Of a stretch of 64,000 bases of DNA, positions 57,995-64,000 are shown in pieces (position 1 is the stretch's first letter; each line of letters begins with the position of its first letter). The DNA lies in the NCBI GenBank assembly GCA_947085185.1, contig CAMTVK010000017.1, positions 1-64,000 of the forward strand, in the 5' to 3' direction. The notes under the pieces were generated by a model, which worked only from the letters and a program-made list of their open reading frames with translations, did no database searches and was not told where the DNA came from. This DNA is from Candidatus Fraserbacteria bacterium (GTDB taxonomy: Bacteria > Bipolaricaulota > Bipolaricaulia > RBG-16-55-9 > DRXL01). The position numbers and the translations under genes were made by a program.

Positions 57995-58639
57995 ATGAAT
58001 GGCTTTTACAAGGCTCGCGTTTTTCTGGTCCGTCACGGCGAAACCCAATGGAACGCGGAGCTGCGCGTCATGGGGCAATTGGACATCCCGCTCAACGAGC
58101 GTGGTCGCGCCCAAGCGCGCCGCACCGCACAGCTGCTCGCACGCGAACAGCTCGCTGCGATCTACTCGAGCGATCTGGGGCGCGCCGTGGAGACAGCTCA
58201 GATCATCGCCGCCCCACATCGCCTGGACGTGATCACCATTCCGGAGCTACGCGAGGCATACTATGGCGCTTGGGAAGGCCTCACCAGACAAGAAGTCCTC
58301 GAAAGATTCCCCCAAGAGTATCAGAGGCGCCGAACTGATCCAGAAAACTTTCGCCCCTCCGGCGGGGAGAGCCGCCGAGAGCTCTATGAGCGCGCGTCAA
58401 AAATTTTCTCTGACCTTGTCGCTCGTCACCCCCATCAAAAGATTCTGATAGTGAGCCACGGCGGAACGATTCGGGCGATCCTGCGCTTCGTGTTGGGCCT
58501 TGGCCCAGGCAACGGGCACTTCGCTGTAGACAATTGCGGGATCACGATCATTGACAGGGAAGAAGACGACTCTTACGAAGTCTTCACAGTGAACTCTGTC
58601 TTCCATCTTGGGGAGCTGCGCACGGAGGATTTTTTCTGA
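57995..58639 (+). CDS. histidine phosphatase family protein
   Basis: RHGET, SSDLGRA, YGAWEG, SHGG. Confidence 0.92.
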   Translation: MNGFYKARVFLVRHGETQWNAELRVMGQLDIPLNERGRAQARRTAQLLAREQLAAIYSSDLGRAVETAQIIAAPHRLDVITIPELREAYYGAWEGLTRQEVLERFPQEYQRRRTDPENFRPSGGESRRELYERASKIFSDLVARHPHQKILIVSHGGTIRAILRFVLGLGPGNGHFAVDNCGITIIDREEDDSYEVFTVNSVFHLGELRTEDFF

Positions 58640-59822
58640 GCCCCCCTACAACCGCCATCACCGGCCAGCCGCATAGCGACAGCCCCTCATAGGGCGACCA
58701 CCCGCACTTGCTCTGCACATCAGCTCGCGTGATCGTCTTCTTTCTCTCAGGGTCAACGACGACAAGATCCGCATCCAACCCCACGACGAGCTCCCCTTTG
58801 GCAAGCCCAAAGCGCCTCGCAGGATTTCGACAACAGACCTCGACCAGCCGCAAGAGCGAAAATCTCTTGCTCTGGACAGCATCAAAGAGCAGCGGCAGCA
58901 GAAATTCTACTCCCGGCACCCCCGCAGGCGCCCTCTCATACCCGACGCTCTTCTCTTCGATCGTATGCGGTGCATGGTCAGTCGCAACTATATCTATCAA
59001 GCCCTCATGCAGCGCCCACCAGAGAAATTCTCGGTCTTCTTCGGGCGCCAATGGGGGGTTCATCTTGAGCCACGCCCCGCGCTGCTCCCGATCTTTTGCC
59101 GTGAAGTACAGATAGTGCGGGCACGTCTCACACGAGACGTCTATCTTCGATTCTTTTGCTTCTAGGATCGCTTCGACAGCCCGCTGCGTCGTCACGTGCG
59201 CGATGTGCAGTTTTGTCTCAAAAGCTGCCGCCAGATCGAGCACATAGAGAATATCGTCCACTTCGTGACGGGTGACGTCTGTGGGGTCGCCGTCGCGCTG
59301 CGCGTGCACGGTGAGCGTCTTTTTGGTCTCTGCGACGATCTTGAAGATCTCACGGTGCAGCTTCTTATCGCTAATAACTAAGTGCCCTGTCGTTTCGCCC
59401 AGATAGAGCTTGAACGCCTCCACGTGCGTGGCAAGTCTTCCTAATTCTCGAAAATTCTCTGTGGTGATCGCGCCGTAGAGAAAAGCATTAACTGCAGAAG
59501 CTGCAGCGCGGCGCCGGTAGTCGCGCACGCGCTCGACTGTATCTAATGGCGGATCGGTGTTGGGCATGGCGAAGACCGTCGTCACCCCGCCGCTGAGCGC
59601 CGCACGCCCCAGCGACCCCCAATCTTCTTTGTGAGATTGTCGGAGATCGCGCGCGTGCACGTGCACATCAATAAGCCCCGGCAGCACGAGCTTCCCGGAA
59701 CAGTCTATTTTCTCATCTCCATCGAGATGGCGCCCGACGGCACGGATCTTCTCATCGAACGCGATGTCGAACTTCTTGAGCTCCCCGTCTATGAAGATCT
59801 CAGCATTCGTGAGAACAGTCAT
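58584..59822 (-). CDS. pyrC: dihydroorotase
   Basis: DVHVHAR, MPNT, ETCPHY, KMNPPL, TDHAPH. Confidence 0.9.
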   Translation of the reverse strand: MTVLTNAEIFIDGELKKFDIAFDEKIRAVGRHLDGDEKIDCSGKLVLPGLIDVHVHARDLRQSHKEDWGSLGRAALSGGVTTVFAMPNTDPPLDTVERVRDYRRRAAASAVNAFLYGAITTENFRELGRLATHVEAFKLYLGETTGHLVISDKKLHREIFKIVAETKKTLTVHAQRDGDPTDVTRHEVDDILYVLDLAAAFETKLHIAHVTTQRAVEAILEAKESKIDVSCETCPHYLYFTAKDREQRGAWLKMNPPLAPEEDREFLWWALHEGLIDIVATDHAPHTIEEKSVGYERAPAGVPGVEFLLPLLFDAVQSKRFSLLRLVEVCCRNPARRFGLAKGELVVGLDADLVVVDPERKKTITRADVQSKCGWSPYEGLSLCGWPVMAVVGGLRKNPPCAAPQDGRQSSL

Positions 59823-60763
59823 ATCTCCTTCACCTGCCCGATGATCTCTTCTACGCTCGAGAAGCCGTTCTCTGCGAGCCACCTTTGAATCCCTGACCAG
59901 AGCTTCTCAAAAGCGTGCGGCCCCTCCCATAGAAAGAGCGTCCCGATCTGGATCACAGAAGCCCCAGCGAGAAAGTGCTTGATCGCATCTTCGGGCTTGG
60001 TAATGCCTCCCACACCCCACACGGCAATTGGGGCTCTGTGTCTCTGAAAGAATCTATAGAAGCGATGGACTTCTGCGAGAGCGATGGGCAGCACCGCCGG
60101 GCCGCCCAAGCCCCCAAAGCCCTCGTTGGGCCGAATAACTTTTGTTCGAGTCTTTATGTCAATATCGAGCGTCAACGGCTCGGAATTGATCGTCGCTATA
60201 TAAGAGATCTCAAAATCGAGCAGCGTTCGAGCGATCTCCTCAAAGAGCTTAGGGGCGTTGTTGTACGGCGACAGTTTCACCCCAATGGGGATCTTCACAG
60301 CGCGCGTCACCGCGTCTAAGAGGGCGCGCACGCTCGGCGGATCCATCGCGATAGGGACGTCTTCCAAATTCGGGCACGAGAGATTGAGCTCAAGAGCATC
60401 AGCGCCGGCTCTCTCCATGGCGAGAGCGATCTCGCAGAATTGTTCTATGGGGGGAAGCTCGTGCTGGCAGCGCGCGCTGGCGATGCTCGCAATGATGGGT
60501 TTTCCGAACTCTTTGAGCTTGGGAATGATCGTGGCGTATTCTCTATAGCCCAAATTGGGCAGGCCCATCGAGTTGAGCGAGCCGATCTGATTATCTAAGT
60601 ATGGGCGGAGTCTGGGTTCGGGGTTGCCCTGGCGGGGACAATGGGTCATGCTCTTGGTGACGACGGCTCCGGAGGCCGAGCGCGCGATGCGCTCCAGCTC
60701 TTCGTATGTCACCGAGTTGGGCCCCGACGCATTGGCGATAGGAGGATAGAGTTTGATCTCCAT
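59819..60763 (-). CDS. pyrD: dihydroorotate dehydrogenase (family 1A-like)
   Basis: NASG, VTKS, NSMGLPNLG, NLSCPN, GFGGLGG. Confidence 0.9.
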   Translation of the reverse strand: MEIKLYPPIANASGPNSVTYEELERIARSASGAVVTKSMTHCPRQGNPEPRLRPYLDNQIGSLNSMGLPNLGYREYATIIPKLKEFGKPIIASIASARCQHELPPIEQFCEIALAMERAGADALELNLSCPNLEDVPIAMDPPSVRALLDAVTRAVKIPIGVKLSPYNNAPKLFEEIARTLLDFEISYIATINSEPLTLDIDIKTRTKVIRPNEGFGGLGGPAVLPIALAEVHRFYRFFQRHRAPIAVWGVGGITKPEDAIKHFLAGASVIQIGTLFLWEGPHAFEKLWSGIQRWLAENGFSSVEEIIGQVKEI

Positions 60764-60785
60764 GCTAGGGAGATTATAGCGTCTT

Positions 60786-61505
60786 CTAGCGCGGGCTGCC
60801 AAAATACCCGTTCATAAACCCGATCTCACTGGGGGGCCAGACTTTCAAAAACGGCTCCCCAATAAAATTTTTCTCGTACACGAACGGGAAGTCCCAGAAG
60901 CGTCCGTCTAAGCTATTGCGGCTGTTGTCTCCTAACACAAAATAGTGCCCCGGCGGGACTGTCAACACCTGATCGCCCATCTTCCCCGAATTATAGTAAC
61001 ATCGGCGCTCCGGATTGGGATGATTTGGATGATTGAACGCATCGTCGATCATGGGGACGCCGTTGACGTAGACATAACAATCTTTGATCTGAACGGTCTG
61101 CCCGCCCACGGCGATCAGCCTCTTGACGTAGCGCACCCAGCGCGGAGCTTCGTCGGTCCCCTCGTTGTGCCAGAAGACAATGATATCGCCGGGCTTGGGC
61201 TTGCGAAAATAGAACGAGATCTTATCGACAAAGAACGAGCTGCCCGGCATGATCGTGGGCTCCATCGAGCCTGTGGGCACGCGCATCCGCACGATGACAA
61301 AATTCATGGTGATGAGCGCTAAAGCTATAGCCACGACGATGATCTGCAGCCAGTCTAGGGCCCACTCAACGCTGGGGCTGGTCTTGATCCCACGCCGATT
61401 GAGCAGCTGAGCCAGCCACGGCTTGGGGCGCTCCTCCTCAGGGACTATCTCGACGCGGGGAGCCTCACTGGGAACGGGATCGGTGGGCTTGAGATCGTCA
61501 GACAT
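60786..61505 (-). CDS. lepB: signal peptidase I
   Basis: TGSMEPT, YVKRLI, LGDNSRNSLDGRFW. Confidence 0.95.
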   Translation of the reverse strand: MSDDLKPTDPVPSEAPRVEIVPEEERPKPWLAQLLNRRGIKTSPSVEWALDWLQIIVVAIALALITMNFVIVRMRVPTGSMEPTIMPGSSFFVDKISFYFRKPKPGDIIVFWHNEGTDEAPRWVRYVKRLIAVGGQTVQIKDCYVYVNGVPMIDDAFNHPNHPNPERRCYYNSGKMGDQVLTVPPGHYFVLGDNSRNSLDGRFWDFPFVYEKNFIGEPFLKVWPPSEIGFMNGYFGSPR

Positions 61506-61858
61506 TACTTGGTGCTGGCTTCAAGGGCTTGCCGGCGTAGATAGTTCAAGCGCGCCCGACGCGCACGCCCACGCTCGACCACTTCGATCTTGGCGATCCG
61601 CGGCGAATACAGCGGAAAGATCTTCTCGACGCCGATCCCCGAGGAGACCTTTCTCACGGTGAACGTCTTGCTCGTGCCGCTGCCGGCACATTTTATGACG
61701 ATCCCCTCAAAGATTTGGATGCGCTCGCGGCCCTCTTTGCCGCCCTCGCCACCTTCGATCACGCGCTCGTGAACGCGGATCGTATCTCCGGGACGAAACT
61801 CCGGAAGGTCCTTCTTCATGAACTCTTCCTCGATCTGACGAATGAGGTTCATGTCCAT
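61505..61858 (-). CDS. rplS: 50S ribosomal protein L19
   Basis: [36 protein letters not shown]. Confidence 0.98.
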   Translation of the reverse strand: MDMNLIRQIEEEFMKKDLPEFRPGDTIRVHERVIEGGEGGKEGRERIQIFEGIVIKCAGSGTSKTFTVRKVSSGIGVEKIFPLYSPRIAKIEVVERGRARRARLNYLRRQALEASTK

Positions 61859-61871
61859 AGCAGCTCACCCC

Positions 61872-62444
61872 TTACGTTCTTTCGTAGTCGCGTCGTCCGC
61901 GCAACCGATCTAAAATAATAGCGACTGCCGCGCGCACCGACAAGTGATTGTACTCCGTCGGCCCCCAGATCGGGGGTAAGAAGTAATCAACCCGATCCAG
62001 CACTTCCAGGGCCAATCCCCACCCGGTCCCAAAGAGCACATAGACGGGGCGGGGATCGGTCTCGATCAGCTCATGAAGCTGCTTGTAGCTGATGCGTGTC
62101 CCCGGCAGCTCTCGAGCATCGGTGCCCACAAGCACCGGGGCGAGGCCCTCGCGCTCGAGGACTTCTTTAAGACTGGTCTCCAGCTTATCAACAACGCGGG
62201 CCAGTTGCAAGGCCGGCCGTCGGTATGCGACATCCGGCTCGGCCTTGAGCCAGAAATCTATCAGTTTCTGGGCGATAGCCTGTTGGCTGGGCAAGGGGGT
62301 GACGATAAAAAACTGTGCGACGTTATACGTACAAGCGCTGCGCGCGATATCCGTCACATCAATGGGGGTGATCATCGTCGTGACGATCTTATCATGGCGA
62401 TCTCGACAGGGGTAGTGCACCAACCCAATATAGAGATTGCCCAT
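61872..62444 (-). CDS. SPOUT-type RNA methyltransferase (TrmD-associated domain)
   Basis: LVHYP, DIARSA, FGTGWGL, YNHLSVRAAVAIILDRL. Confidence 0.85.
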   Translation of the reverse strand: MGNLYIGLVHYPCRDRHDKIVTTMITPIDVTDIARSACTYNVAQFFIVTPLPSQQAIAQKLIDFWLKAEPDVAYRRPALQLARVVDKLETSLKEVLEREGLAPVLVGTDARELPGTRISYKQLHELIETDPRPVYVLFGTGWGLALEVLDRVDYFLPPIWGPTEYNHLSVRAAVAIILDRLRGRRDYERT

Positions 62445-62454
62445 ATGGACCTCT

Positions 62455-62485
62455 CCCCTGCCCTCCTAGGGGAGGAGGGCAGGGG
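62455..62485. other. 13-bp perfect hairpin between trmD and the SPOUT gene
   Basis: CCCCTGCCCTCCT-AGGGG-AGGAGGGCAGGGG. Confidence 0.7.
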
Positions 62486-62492
62486 GTGGAGG

Positions 62493-63176
62493 TTAGGTTC
62501 CTTTCAAGAGATCCGGCCTGTTTTTCAGAGTCTTCTCCAGCGCCGCGCGACGGCGGAACTCTTCAATTTTTTTGTGATCGCCCGTGAGCAAGACCTCGGG
62601 GACACGCAAGCCGCGAAACTCCGGGGGACGCGTATATTGAGGTGGCCCCAGAAGTCTTTCGTTATAGAACGAATCGTGCTCGAGTGACTCGTGCTTGCCC
62701 ACAACCCCAGGCACCAATCGGGCCACACACTCCGCGACGACCGCTGCGGCCGCCTCGCCTCCACTGAGGACATAATCCCCGATAGAGAGCTCATCCGTGC
62801 AGATGTGCAAGACGCGCTCGTCCACGCCCTCATAGCGCCCACACAGCAATATAATCGCGTGCTCTTTGGCGAGCTCTTTAGCGATCTGCTGCGTAAAAAG
62901 CCTGCCCTGAGCTGACAGCAGAATAACTCTTGGCTCGACGGTGAGTTGGCTCTTGATAAATTCTACAGCGCGGAAGAACGGCTCCGGCTTTAAGACCATC
63001 CCCGGGCCGCCACCATAGGGACGGTCATCGACCTGACGATGCTTATCCGCCGTGAAATCCCGGAGATTATGAAGATAGATCTGGAGAATACCAGCCTGGC
63101 GCGCCGCACCGATCACACCCGCGGCGAAGAATCCCTCAAGCATATGGGGAAAGATCGTGACTATGTCAATGCGCAT
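62493..63176 (-). CDS. trmD: tRNA (guanine37-N1)-methyltransferase
   Basis: VDDRPYGGGPGM, CGRYEGVDER, SIGDYVLSGGE. Confidence 0.97.
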   Translation of the reverse strand: MRIDIVTIFPHMLEGFFAAGVIGAARQAGILQIYLHNLRDFTADKHRQVDDRPYGGGPGMVLKPEPFFRAVEFIKSQLTVEPRVILLSAQGRLFTQQIAKELAKEHAIILLCGRYEGVDERVLHICTDELSIGDYVLSGGEAAAAVVAECVARLVPGVVGKHESLEHDSFYNERLLGPPQYTRPPEFRGLRVPEVLLTGDHKKIEEFRRRAALEKTLKNRPDLLKGT

Positions 63177-63483
63177 GGCGCATCCGCGGTCGGCCATGCC
63201 GGCGCCTGTCGCGCTTGGCCGCACGCGGCGGTGGTACCGGCCGCGCCTCGATCACGTCTAAGATCACTTCCTTGCCGAGCGTCGCCCCAATTGCCCCTAG
63301 CACATCCCGAATCGCCTCAGCCGTCCGACCGTTCCGTCCCACCAGCCGCCCCATCTCCTCTGGCGCAACGCTGATCGTGAAGATATCGGCCTTGGGTGTC
63401 TCGATGCGCTCGAGCGTGATCTTCTGTGGCGCGTCCACGAGCGCCCGAATGAGATAATGTAAAGCCTCGAATATCCGGTTCAC
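63166..63483 (-). CDS. khpA: KH-domain RNA-binding protein
   Basis: LVDAP, MGRLVGRNGRTAEAIR; position after rpsP. Confidence 0.85.
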   Translation of the reverse strand: MNRIFEALHYLIRALVDAPQKITLERIETPKADIFTISVAPEEMGRLVGRNGRTAEAIRDVLGAIGATLGKEVILDVIEARPVPPPRAAKRDRRRHGRPRMRHAH

Positions 63484-63755
63484 ACGCGTGCTTTGCTCTG
63501 GCGCTGCTTGTGAAATTCAGCCAGGATGCCCTTCTTGGACAGCAGATGCCGCGCTGTCTGCGTCGGTTGCGCTCCCAGACCTAACCACATCAGCGCCTTG
63601 GCCGTGTCAATCTCATACTGCCCGTGCAAGACGTCGTACCACCCTAAATCTGCAACTACCCGACTGTCGCGCTGTCGCGACTCCTCAATCACCACGATCC
63701 GATACGACGGCTGCGACCGTCGCCCGGTCCGCTTGAGCCTGATCTTGACAGCCAT
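63480..63755 (-). CDS. rpsP: 30S ribosomal protein S16
   Basis: MAVKIRLKR, YRIVV, GAQPT. Confidence 0.96.
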   Translation of the reverse strand: MAVKIRLKRTGRRSQPSYRIVVIEESRQRDSRVVADLGWYDVLHGQYEIDTAKALMWLGLGAQPTQTARHLLSKKGILAEFHKQRQSKARV

Positions 63756-63786
63756 AGCTTCTCGTTCCTCCTCAAAGATATATGAG

Positions 63787-64000
63787 CTATCCCAACGGCG
63801 TCTGTCCAAAGGGAAATCTTCTCCCCTTGAGGTGCTTCATCGTCTTTTTCGCCTCTTCAAAGCGCTTCAAGAGCTTGTTCACATCGCTCACCTGCGTGCC
63901 GCTCCCCAAAGCGATGCGCTTCTTGCGCTTGCCGTTCAGAATCTCGGGCTTGCGGCGCTCTTGTGGGGTCATCGAATTAATAATAGCCTCGACTTTGATG
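63787..64000 (-). CDS. ffh: signal recognition particle protein, C-terminal M domain (partial, runs off the window)
   Basis: [11 protein letters not shown]...[10 protein letters not shown]...VNKLLKRF. Confidence 0.93.
   Translation of the reverse strand, partial: IKVEAIINSMTPQERRKPEILNGKRKKRIALGSGTQVSDVNKLLKRFEEAKKTMKHLKGRRFPFGQTPLG

Noticed and set aside
58584..58639. 56-bp convergent overlap of pyrC and the histidine phosphatase as a regulatory device
   Set aside because: The pyrC tail in the overlap looks like a non-conserved extension, and short convergent overlaps are frequent throughout this compact window.
13..63918. Numerous long antisense or alternate-frame ORFs in the track (e.g. 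3216-3860, 4998-5642, 18292-18924, 42897-43619, 57207-57779, 62073-62687)
   Set aside because: They overlap well-supported genes, lack motifs, and are expected shadows in GC-rich DNA.

Overview
A gene-dense, roughly 55-60% GC bacterial chromosomal segment. The gene content suggests a deep-branching lineage such as Ca. Bipolaricaulota/Acetothermia, but that is an impression and cannot be verified here. Housekeeping genes include ispF, rseP, tilS, ruvB, thrC, pheS, speB, pdaD, purB, kbl, pyrE/C/D, lepB and the ffh-rpsP-khpA-trmD-rplS cluster, plus six tRNAs. Accessory content includes a heavy-metal cluster (ZntA-type and CopA-type P1B ATPases, CDF), a Pao/Xdh-type molybdoenzyme operon, three toxin-antitoxin-like pairs and a stand-alone tyrosine recombinase. 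The most unusual part is 49.5-57.9 kb. There a SARP/BTAD-ATPase-TPR activator precedes a promoter with 11-bp-period direct repeats and three secreted proteins that share a signal peptide but have unrelated mature domains. Four copies of a ~95-bp double-hairpin element then punctuate unrelated single-gene or TA cassettes, which looks like an integron-like cassette array without attC sites. Other highlights are a symmetric 11-6-11 dif-like site overlapping the stop codon of the lone Xer-like recombinase, a probable Trp (WWR) attenuator leader in front of a decayed DAHP synthase gene, an M1 peptidase with an Omp85-like C-terminus split by an 86-bp tandem duplication, a TA module that duplicated its neighbour's N-terminus, a 15-23-bp motif repeated in three intergenic regions, and apparently widespread leaderless mRNAs. 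All calls come from reading the sequence; no searches were run.
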